Assembly: GCA_030753015.1 (NCBI GenBank)
Contig: JASMDC010000051.1
Location: 1-23,474, forward strand
Direction of reading: 5' to 3'
Source: Candidatus Undinarchaeales archaeon
GTDB taxonomy: Archaea; SpSt-1190; JASMDC01
DNA length: 23,474 bases
Position numbers and translations under genes: made by a program. The first letter of the stretch is position 1; the number at the start of each line of letters is the position of its first letter. Below the pieces are notes generated by a model. That model was not told the origin of the DNA. It worked only from the letters and a program-made list of their open reading frames with translations, and made no database searches. Shown here one piece after another: positions 9,338-16,812 of this stretch.

Positions 9338-9473
9338 CAAGAAGGAAGGTCGGACATGATGCAGCGGGGGGAAGGAAATTAATCCAGGTGCCACACCATG
9401 CCCTGTACATACTAAGGCGTCCATAGTTAATGAACCTGTCGTATTGGTTGTCGTTACGGTATTGGGAACGCCC
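9338..9473 (-). ncRNA. Intergenic element copy E1 (candidate promoter + hairpin small RNA)
   Basis: Homologous to E2 and E3. Stem arms 9352-9365 and 9390-9403; TATA-like 9427-9434. The repeat is certain, the RNA call is inferred. Confidence 0.5.
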
Positions 9474-9489
9474 GCTCCATCGGGATCAC

Positions 9490-9660
9490 ATTTGGCAGAC
9501 AGTGTCTGCCAGATCTCTTGTTCCGGTGATCGCGAGGTGTAATCGGAGATAAGGGTCTGCCGGGTTCGGGGATACGCAGGTCATATCGAAGGCCGTAGAG
9601 GATGTAATTGTGGCAACCGTGTTGCCACTTTTCTTGGTGTCTGACATCTTGAAGGCAGCA
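9490..9660 (-). pseudogene. Orphan fragment of a DUF1016/YhcG palindromic linker
   Basis: Minus strand reads KVATRLPQLHPLRPSI* (compare KVGTSSPQSHPLPAPIC in 15194-16414, with matching DNA catcct.tac.g.ct.cgatatg.cctgc). IWQTLSAK lies 117 bp further on in the same frame. Confidence 0.7.
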
Positions 9661-9670
9661 GCTCATAAGC

Positions 9671-11077
9671 TCAGGGCATCAATCTCATCTGGAAGTCACT
9701 GCGTTTCTTCTTGCTTTCCTTCATCTTTTTCTTAATGACCTGATCGAAGTCTTTGGCCCTGATGAAGATGTACTTGTTACCGATCATCCGCCTTTCTATG
9801 AAGCCCAGATTCTCCAAGTGGAGCAGATCCGACCGTGCGGTCTGGTACACGACGTCGAAGGTGTTCTTGGCCTCGTTTATCGTGAGTGTCCGTTTCGAGT
9901 CCTCTGACAATTTGTTCAGGATGTACCGTTGACGATCGTTAAGACCATCGATCTGCAGGAACTTGAACAACTTGTCCTTTTCCTTGATCTTCTTGGATAT
10001 GTACTCCTTGAGGTCCTTGAGGGCGATATGGATCGTCCTGATCTTGTACTTGATGAAATAGGTGACATCGTTCTCGTCCTTTTCCGAGTGAAGATATGCT
10101 CGAGCGTACTGTGAAGGCGCTCGGATGATCGTCTTGGAGATGGGCATGTACTCGATCAACCAGTACTCGTTGGATATGAGGTACCAGTAGAATATGGCCC
10201 TCGCGGCCCGTCCGTTCCCGTCCTCGAATGGATGGACGAAGCCGATGAGGAAGTGGAGGATGCTCGCTTTGATTATCGGATGGATGAACTTCTGCTTCTG
10301 CATCTTGTTCGCGAAATCGCACACGTCCCGGACCAGTTGCGGGACCAGCTTGTGATCTGGCGGTACGTGAACGGATTCGCCCGTCATCCGATCGATGACG
10401 TGGACATCGTTCGTGTCGCGGAACCGACCCTCGTATTTCTTATCATCGAGCGTGTTGCGTGTGATGAGTGCGTGGATCTCCAGAAGTCGTTCGGTCGTGA
10501 GCGGATCGTTCTTCAGCTCGATGATCCTCTTGATCGTAAGGTAGTTGTTCAGGATCATCTGTTCGGACCGGTCCCTGGGCTTCCGTGACGTCCTCAACAT
10601 CTCCTTCGCCACCTTCCGCGTCGTTACAGCACCCTCCAGCTGGCTGGAAGCGATGGCCTCCTCCATGAGCGAGCTGATCAGGTACCTATCCCGGTCCTCT
10701 TCAGGGATGATGCTTGTCGTCGATATCGATCCTCCCAGATTCATGTCGAACTCGTGCAGCTTCTCGAGGATCGGGTTCGAAAGATTGAACTTGATATCCA
10801 ATAACTTTGTTTTACCGATGTTGATCTGTGTGGCTTTCAATGTTCGCAATAATTTGATCAGTGCCCATAAGGAGTCGTTCTTGATGTCCTTTGGCGGAGA
10901 GCGGTAGCGGATCTCGTCCCAATAATAGTAATTATCATTGACCTTATCAACGAACTTATGTACATCCGCTCGTTCGAGGTTCTTGATCACTTCCTGCATC
11001 TTGTCCTTATCCCCGAATATCTTCGATACATCCGGAGGATCGCTTGGCATCTTCATTGGATAGTATTGTGTGCTCAT
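9671..11077 (-). CDS. Fic-family protein (class II-like) with C-terminal wHTH
   Basis: Canonical HPFEDGNGRAAR motif; N-terminal inhibitory-type SSQLEG; C-terminal YQTARSDLLHLENLGFI HTH. Visibly more AT-rich than its neighbours. Confidence 0.95.
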   Translation of the reverse strand: MSTQYYPMKMPSDPPDVSKIFGDKDKMQEVIKNLERADVHKFVDKVNDNYYYWDEIRYRSPPKDIKNDSLWALIKLLRTLKATQINIGKTKLLDIKFNLSNPILEKLHEFDMNLGGSISTTSIIPEEDRDRYLISSLMEEAIASSQLEGAVTTRKVAKEMLRTSRKPRDRSEQMILNNYLTIKRIIELKNDPLTTERLLEIHALITRNTLDDKKYEGRFRDTNDVHVIDRMTGESVHVPPDHKLVPQLVRDVCDFANKMQKQKFIHPIIKASILHFLIGFVHPFEDGNGRAARAIFYWYLISNEYWLIEYMPISKTIIRAPSQYARAYLHSEKDENDVTYFIKYKIRTIHIALKDLKEYISKKIKEKDKLFKFLQIDGLNDRQRYILNKLSEDSKRTLTINEAKNTFDVVYQTARSDLLHLENLGFIERRMIGNKYIFIRAKDFDQVIKKKMKESKKKRSDFQMRLMP

Positions 11078-11098
11078 GGATATTTATGTCTTACTAAA

Positions 11099-11210
11099 AA
11101 CTACTAATATCTGTCAAATTAGTAGTTAATTTGTTCTACCCTGCATATAATACAATAAACACGACAATGCGACGTAGTATGAACTACTATTTTCTTTACA
11201 ATTAGTAGTT
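11099..11210. promoter_or_regulatory. Two 10-9-10 palindromic operators upstream of the Fic gene
   Basis: aactactaat-N9-attagtagtt (11099-11127) and aactactatt-N9-attagtagtt (11182-11210). Confidence 0.75.
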
Positions 11211-11366
11211 TTCTTGAGTTTAGGCATTAAGATCACGCTTTTTTCACGCCGCTTAGCTCCTTCATATATCCCGGATAATGAACGTTCTTATTGGGATTGT
11301 TATTATCGTGGGAAGGAACTGGGGTGATTACCGCTATCCTGGCGGCGTTCCCTGATGATACGCCCC

Positions 11367-11992
11367 CTACCCGTCAGCTGGCAGCATGTCCTCCCGTCTC
11401 ATCTGCTCTTCCAGGAACCGCTGGATCTCCTCCTTTTCCGGCAGCTGCAGTCGATAGCGGTGAGCTGTTCCAGATGGGTGTACGATAGCGATGACAGTAG
11501 TCTTCCGGAAGTAGTGACAAATTGTTGCGTCAGTGACGCAACAATCTCTGATGGAGGACAATCCGGGGATGGTAATGGATGTGATTGTTGCGACACTGTC
11601 GCAACTTTTCCAGGTAGCATTGTTCTGGGGAATCGCAGACCACCGAGCAATTGTGGAGACAGTGTCTCCACAATCTTTGGATAGCACAGGTAGAACCGCC
11701 GATAACGATACAATGCGATCCTGTCGCAGCGTCTCATCCCTTTTTCATGCAAGGCCTTTGCCAGATCGTCCATCAGGCGGTCGCCGTAGGTTGCCCGGTC
11801 CACGCCCTTGCGTTCGTACTCCTCGATATGGAACCCGATCAGCCAGTTCCTGATGGTCAGGCTGATGTTCACGGCCTTCGTAGCATGAACGGCCAATCGC
11901 TCGTGGACCTCGGCGATCGTGCCGACAAGGGCCCCAAAGCTCAATGACCCGCCGGTCCCCTTACCCCTCGCCACCGTTCTCTTTGTGGCCAT
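11367..11992 (-). pseudogene. DUF1016/YhcG paralog with a 598-bp internal deletion and frameshift (nuclease domain lost)
   Basis: N-terminus aligns with 15194-16414 up to HLEQLTAI. At tcgatagcgg (11451-11460) it jumps to the terminal RYRLQLPEKEEIQRFLEEQMRR segment in another frame. Confidence 0.9.
11521..11674. repeat. Three 25-bp palindromes in the DUF1016 pseudogene linker
   Basis: attgttgcgtca-g-tgacgcaacaat, attgttgcgaca-c-tgtcgcaacttt, attgtggagaca-g-tgtctccacaat; centres 11533, 11596, 11662. Confidence 0.92.
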
Positions 11993-12120
11993 GGCATCAC
12001 ATGTACACCATGGGTACTATCCCTTATTCCGTCTCGTTACTACCCGGGGTCGTCCTTTGGGCGTCCAAGAGGCACCATGACGTGCATCATCACCCGGGTG
12101 ACGGGGACGGTATCAGACCA

Positions 12121-12259
12121 GGGAAAGAAAATCGGGCATAGTGCAGCGGGGGGAAGGAAGTAAATTCCAGGTGCCACACAATGCCCTTGTTCCCGTGTAA
12201 TGCGTCCGGAGTTAATTAATCTGTCGTTTCGGGTGCCGTCACGGTTCCGGGAACGCCCC
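12121..12259 (-). ncRNA. Intergenic element copy E2 (candidate promoter + hairpin small RNA)
   Basis: Stem arms 12134-12147 and 12173-12186; TATA-like ttaattaa 12212-12219; abuts the stop codon of the TPR gene. Confidence 0.5.
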
Positions 12260-13288
12260 CTACCCGTCTCTTGGCAGCATGTCCCCGGGCCGGAGCGTCC
12301 GCATCACGTCCCGCTTCCACGTGTCGAGCGACCCCGACAGCCTCTTCGCGAACCACTCGAGCGAGCCCTCGGTCTCCACCCAGCCCCCGTGCGCGTCCGC
12401 GACGTACGACACGGCCTCGGACTCGTCCCCGATCCCTATGGAGTCCGGCAGGGTTCCGGGGATCGGCCTGAGCCCCAGGAGGTAGAGGGGGACGAACGGG
12501 TTCGCCCGCAGTGCCTCCTTCAGGCGGGCGTTCGCCCTGCGGCCCGCGCCCTCGCGCCTGAAAGTCCACAGCGCGCGGCCGTAGAGCCAGAAGGCGGAGC
12601 CCTCGTCGTGCCGGTCCAGGAGCTCACCCGCCTCGTCGTCCGAACCCGCCTCCAGCAGCGCGCCGAGGAGGAGGTGGCGCACACCCTGGTTGTCGTCGGG
12701 ATTGAGCTCAAGGAGCGCCCGGTAGTGATCGAGCGCCGCCTCCCGCTCCCCGAGCTCCCAGAGGGTCACCGCGAGCCCGAGCCGCGCGCGCATGTACGGC
12801 CGGGTCCCCGACTTGCTCCAGAAGCGGCCCTCGGCCTCCACCTCGGCGAACAGCTCCTCGCCGAGCACCCGCTTGCCGGCGACCACGCCCTTCGCGTAGA
12901 TCTCTTTCGCCTCCTCCAGGTCCCTTGCAGACTCCTCGGCGAGCAGAACGTGGGCGTCGGCGCAGTCCTTGGAGATCTTGAGCGCGCGCCTGGCGAGGGC
13001 GATGCGCTTCCGACGGTAAGGTTCCTCCCACGCCGTGAACATCACGTCCTGGGCCCTTTCCACCGGTGTCAGCTCCCGTTCCGGCGGCGGGATGGACCTG
13101 CCAGGGCCCATGAACTGCTGGACGTAGGCGTTCATATCCTCGATCGAGCCGAACCGCTTGTCCTCCACGAGCCGCTCGATGTCGGTGAAGTGCTTCTCCA
13201 TCGCACGGCGCATGAAGACGGGGTTCGGCGGCGGGTCGCCACGCCTCTTCCGCTTTGAGCCCTTCTTGTGCTTTCTCACATGCGTCAC
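12260..13288 (-). CDS. ST7-like / tetratricopeptide-repeat helical protein
   Basis: AQDVMFTAWE..RIALARRALKISKDCADAHVLLAEE, TRPYMRARLGLA, LLELNPDDNQGVR, LKEALRANPFVP match the prokaryotic ST7/TPR family as I recall it. Confidence 0.75.
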   Translation of the reverse strand: MTHVRKHKKGSKRKRRGDPPPNPVFMRRAMEKHFTDIERLVEDKRFGSIEDMNAYVQQFMGPGRSIPPPERELTPVERAQDVMFTAWEEPYRRKRIALARRALKISKDCADAHVLLAEESARDLEEAKEIYAKGVVAGKRVLGEELFAEVEAEGRFWSKSGTRPYMRARLGLAVTLWELGEREAALDHYRALLELNPDDNQGVRHLLLGALLEAGSDDEAGELLDRHDEGSAFWLYGRALWTFRREGAGRRANARLKEALRANPFVPLYLLGLRPIPGTLPDSIGIGDESEAVSYVADAHGGWVETEGSLEWFAKRLSGSLDTWKRDVMRTLRPGDMLPRDG

Positions 13289-13385
13289 CGTGCGAGCGGA
13301 CGTGATGTGATAAAAGGATATGCTCCACAGGGACGGAAGATGGGAAACCCCTTATGTCTCCCCCTCCTGACCACTGGCTGGGAAG

Positions 13386-13451
13386 ATGGTGCAGTACTCC
13401 GACCGGGAGCTGATCGACGCGCTGAAGCGGGCCGCCGGGGCGAGGCGGTAG
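13386..13451 (+). pseudogene. Possible 21-codon gene remnant (MVQYSDRELIDALKRAA..)
   Basis: Host-like codon usage; resembles the YSDEELxxALRRAA start of homing-endonuclease-associated repeat proteins. Very short. Confidence 0.3.
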
Positions 13452-13508
13452 ACAAAGGTTTGATTTGGGGTGGGGTACGGGGGCGATCGTTCCCGCGGGG
13501 AGCAGAAT

Positions 13509-13551
13509 GTATATATAGTTGAGACTAAAGTATACTACTTGTGTCTCAACT
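13509..13551 (+). promoter_or_regulatory. TATA box and concentric inverted repeat covering the start codon of ATPase gene 2
   Basis: tatatata at 13510-13517; agttgagac (13517-25)/gtctcaact (13543-51) and aagta/tactt share centre 13534; GTG start at 13541. Confidence 0.6.
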
Positions 13552-15007
13552 CTTTGTCGACAGGGGCCCTGAACTCGGTTTCCTGAAGGAACGGCTCGGC
13601 TCGAACGAACCGGAGTTCGTGGTGATCTACGGCCGCAGGAGGGTCGGGAAGACCAAGCTCGTGCTGGAGTTCCTGAGAGAGGAACGAGGTATCTATCTCC
13701 TGGCCACGGAGGAAGGCGACCGCGAGAACATACGCGCTTTCGCTACGGAGTTCGGGAAGTTACTGGGTGACGACGGTTTTTCGAAGGCGACCTATCCCGA
13801 CTGGTCCTCCCTTTTCGATTCCCTCTGCAACCACGCGGCCTTCACGAAGGAGCGGGATGAAAAGACCATCATAGTTATCGACGAGTTCCCGTTCCTGATC
13901 CGCGGCAACAGGGCGGTCCCCTCGATCTTCCAGAAGATCTGGGAGCAGGTCCTGGAACGACGGAACGTCATGCTCGTCCTCCTCGGCTCCTCGGTGAGCG
14001 CCATGGAATCAGAGGTGCTGGGCTACAAAAGCCCCCTGTACGGGCGGAGGACGGGGCAGTGGCAGATAGCGCCGCTCGAGTTCCGTTTCCTGGGGGAGTT
14101 CTTCCCGGACTATACGATAGAGGACCTTGCGAACGTGTGGTTCGTCGTCGGCGGGATACCGGCCTACCTGCTTAGGTTCGATCCGCACCTCTCGTTCTTC
14201 GAGAACGTCGAGCAGAAGGTCCTGAAGAAGGGCTCATACCTCCACAGGGAGATGGACATCCTGCTCCGGGACGAGTTCCGTGAGCCGAGGAACTACAGGC
14301 TCATCTTCAAGGCGATCTCGCTAGGGTACCACCGTCTGGCCGAGATATGCGACCAGACCGGGCTCGACAAGAGCATGGTCTCCAAGTACCTGGACGTGCT
14401 CGACAGGCTCCACCTGATCGTGGAAGAGAAGCCCGTCCTTGCCCCCGCGAAGTTCAGGAGGAAGCGCCATCTCCTCTCGGACCAGTACTTCTCCTTCTGG
14501 TTCAGGTACGTGTACCTGAACAGGATCGAGCTGGAGGCCATGCGGTACGGGGAGGTCCTTGGTCTGGTGAAGAACGATTTCCCTACCTATGCGGGCAGGG
14601 CCTTCGAGTCCCTGGTGAAGCACCTGCTCCTGACAGGGACCGTCCGGGGACCCTTCCCGTTCACGAGGATCGGTCGGCAGTGGGGAAAGGTCCCCGGGGC
14701 AAAGAGGGGGAAGAACACCTACGAGATCGACCTCGTGGCCGTGAACGAGGCGACCGTGGACATCTTGTTCGTCGAGTGCAAGTGGAAGGAGGGGGTCAGC
14801 GCACGACGCGTGCTGGCGGAGCTCAGGGAGAAGGCGGGGCACGTCGACTGGCGAAAAGGCTCCCGGAAGGAGCACTTCGCCATCTTCGCGAAGTCGTTCT
14901 CCCGGCGCTCCGATGACTGTCTATGCTACGACCTGAAGGACCTGGAGAAGACACTCCCGGGACGGGGACGTGAAGGCACGGGTCCGTCGCCCTCGATGAC
15001 CTCGTGA
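13541..15007 (+). CDS. Archaeal ATPase (ATPase_2) + wHTH + DUF234/PD-(D/E)xK nuclease-like domain
   Basis: FVDRGPEL, YGRRRVGKT, IVIDEFP, SPLYGRRT, GGIPAYL, FSFWFRY, EIDLVA..VECKW. Confidence 0.93.
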   Translation: MSQLFVDRGPELGFLKERLGSNEPEFVVIYGRRRVGKTKLVLEFLREERGIYLLATEEGDRENIRAFATEFGKLLGDDGFSKATYPDWSSLFDSLCNHAAFTKERDEKTIIVIDEFPFLIRGNRAVPSIFQKIWEQVLERRNVMLVLLGSSVSAMESEVLGYKSPLYGRRTGQWQIAPLEFRFLGEFFPDYTIEDLANVWFVVGGIPAYLLRFDPHLSFFENVEQKVLKKGSYLHREMDILLRDEFREPRNYRLIFKAISLGYHRLAEICDQTGLDKSMVSKYLDVLDRLHLIVEEKPVLAPAKFRRKRHLLSDQYFSFWFRYVYLNRIELEAMRYGEVLGLVKNDFPTYAGRAFESLVKHLLLTGTVRGPFPFTRIGRQWGKVPGAKRGKNTYEIDLVAVNEATVDILFVECKWKEGVSARRVLAELREKAGHVDWRKGSRKEHFAIFAKSFSRRSDDCLCYDLKDLEKTLPGRGREGTGPSPSMTS

Positions 15008-15042
15008 CGGGGACCGTGCACTTCTTCAGGGGACAGTAACAG

Positions 15043-15185
15043 GCTCAAGAAGGAAGAATGGGCATGATGTAGCGGGGGGAAGGAAGTATTAATTCCAGGT
15101 GCCACACCATGCCCTGTGCATTATTAGGTGTCCAGAGTTTATCAACCTGTCGTATCGGGTGTCGTTACGGTCTTGGGAACCCGCC
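15043..15185 (-). ncRNA. Intergenic element copy E3 (candidate promoter + hairpin small RNA)
   Basis: Stem arms 15060-15073 and 15101-15114; TATA-like 15138-15145; directly downstream of the DUF1016 stop. Confidence 0.5.
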
Positions 15186-15193
15186 TGGTCGTG

Positions 15194-16414
15194 TCACGTC
15201 GGTGGCACCTGCGTCCGTTCCCTTCTCATCTGCTCTTCCAGGAACCTCTGGATCTCCTCCTTTTCCGGCAGTTGCAGTCGATAGCGGGAGACGAAGAGCT
15301 GGTTGTCCATCCCGGCAAGGGCGTATTCCACCAGAGCACGGTCCTTCTGCGTGCAGAGAAGGAGGCCCACTGGAGGATTGTCACCACTGGTCATCTCATT
15401 GTCGCGGTACCAGTTGAGATAGGTGTTGAGCTGGCCGAGGTGTTCGTGGCTGAAGCCATCGACCTTCAGCTCGATCAGCACGTGGCACTTTAGGATGCGG
15501 TGGTAGAGGACCAGATCGACGAAGTAATGTCCGTCGCCTATGAGCATCCGCTTCTGTCTGGCCTCGAAGCAGAAGCCGTGCCCGAGCTCCAGCAGGAACT
15601 CCTGGAGCCTGTCCAGCAGCAGGTCCTCCAGTTCCGACTCGCCCATCACCTCTTTGGCCCGTATCCCGAGGAACTCGAACACATAGGGGTCACGTACCGT
15701 CAGGCGAGGCGAATCCACTTCCGCGCCCGATCGTACGAGCTCGGCCAGCTTCTTCTTGTCCCTCGACAGCCCCGAACGCTCGAAATAGAGACTGGCGATC
15801 TGGCGCTTGAGCTCCCGCACGGACCAGTTGCCCCGGACGCATTCTATCTCGTAGAAGGAGCGCTTCAGCGGGTCCTCGATAGCGGTGAGCCGTTCCAGAT
15901 GGCAGTACGATAGCGATGATAGGAGCATTTCGGGAGACGTTCCCAATTGTGGCAACAGTGTTGCCACAATCTCTGGTGCAGGGCATATCGGAGCCGGTAA
16001 AGGATGTGATTGTGGGGACGATGTCCCCACTTTTACTGATGACCGATATCCTCTAGGTAGAAGAGAATGGAATTGTGGAGACAGTGTCTCCACAATCTGA
16101 GGATAGCACAGGTAGAACCGACGGTAACGATACAATGCGCCCCGGTCACAGCGTCTCATCCCTTTTTCGTTCAAAGCCTTTGCGAGTTCGTCCATCAAGC
16201 GCTCGCCATAGGTGGCCCGGTCCACGCCATCGCGTTCGTACTCCTCGATATAGTAGCCGATCAGCCAGTTCCTGATGGTCAGGCTGATGTTCACCGCCCT
16301 CGTGGCATGAACGGCCAGTCGCTGATGGACCTCGGCGATCGTGCCGACAAGGCCGTCAAAGCTCAATGCTGTACTGAACGCCCTGCCCCTCGCCTCCGTT
16401 CTCTTCGGGGCCAT
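15194..16414 (-). CDS. DUF1016/YhcG-family PD-(D/E)xK nuclease domain protein
   Basis: AVNISLTIRNWLIG..YGERLM..YRRFYLCYP, RSFYEIEC..NWSVRELKRQI, RDPYVFEFLG, FLLELGHGFCF, VDLVLYHRILKCHVLIELK, GQLNTY, PPVGLLLC. Confidence 0.95.
   Translation of the reverse strand: MAPKRTEARGRAFSTALSFDGLVGTIAEVHQRLAVHATRAVNISLTIRNWLIGYYIEEYERDGVDRATYGERLMDELAKALNEKGMRRCDRGALYRYRRFYLCYPQIVETLSPQFHSLLPRGYRSSVKVGTSSPQSHPLPAPICPAPEIVATLLPQLGTSPEMLLSSLSYCHLERLTAIEDPLKRSFYEIECVRGNWSVRELKRQIASLYFERSGLSRDKKKLAELVRSGAEVDSPRLTVRDPYVFEFLGIRAKEVMGESELEDLLLDRLQEFLLELGHGFCFEARQKRMLIGDGHYFVDLVLYHRILKCHVLIELKVDGFSHEHLGQLNTYLNWYRDNEMTSGDNPPVGLLLCTQKDRALVEYALAGMDNQLFVSRYRLQLPEKEEIQRFLEEQMRRERTQVPPT
15946..16096. repeat. Three 25-bp palindromes at exact 63-bp period in the DUF1016 linker
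   Basis: attgtggcaaca-g-tgttgccacaat, attgtggggacg-a-tgtccccacttt, attgtggagaca-g-tgtctccacaat; centres 15958, 16021, 16084. Confidence 0.92.
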
Positions 16415-16712
16415 GGCCTCACACGTGTACGATGACGTCCATCCCTTAATCGTTCTCGTTACTACCCGGAGTAGTCCCTAGGGCGTCACTGTCGGCCTCT
16501 GGGACCTACCCGTCCGCCAGAAGCATGTCCGTAAGGTCCGGTCATCATAGGGAGCGGATTTGTCGCAGTATGACGTGACACATACGTCGTCGGGGGCTGT
16601 GGGGACGCACGACCATGTAACGGTCGCCCCTAGAGTGCCCAGGGAAGGTTATGATCAATCACACCATGGCATGACCTGTGCGCCCTCACGGTCCCGGGGA
16701 CCCGCCCGGCCG

Positions 16713-16811
16713 CGTCACGTCGACGACGCCCTCGCCCGTCCCCAGTACCTCGTACCCGCTGTCCCCGTCCACGTCGGCGAACACGAACCCCTCGATGTTC
16801 CCGCTGTCGTT
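16713..16811 (-). pseudogene. Possible remnant of an SdrD-B/Cna-B-like surface-protein domain
   Basis: Reads NDSGNIEGFVFADVDGDSGYE, then TGEGVVDVT after a one-base shift. No start codon; begins right at the stop of the ACT gene. Confidence 0.4.
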
Positions 16812-16812
16812 C

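Noticed and set aside
9454-9666. 70-aa ORF downstream of Fic as an antitoxin
   Set aside because: It is an alternative frame over the DUF1016 linker remnant and runs into E1; Fic already has its own SxxxEG motif.
15045-15110. Small peptide MVWHLELILPSP.. encoded by the E hairpin
   Set aside because: Frame not conserved: E1 stops after six codons and E2 lacks the ATG.
9338-15185. Integron attC sites as the identity of the E elements
   Set aside because: No RYYYAAC/GTTRRRY boundaries, mixed gene orientations and no integrase in the window.
15946-16096. CRISPR mini-array inside DUF1016
   Set aside because: Repeat sequences differ from each other, lie in frame inside a conserved gene, and have no leader or cas genes. 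Reported instead as a covarying palindrome array.
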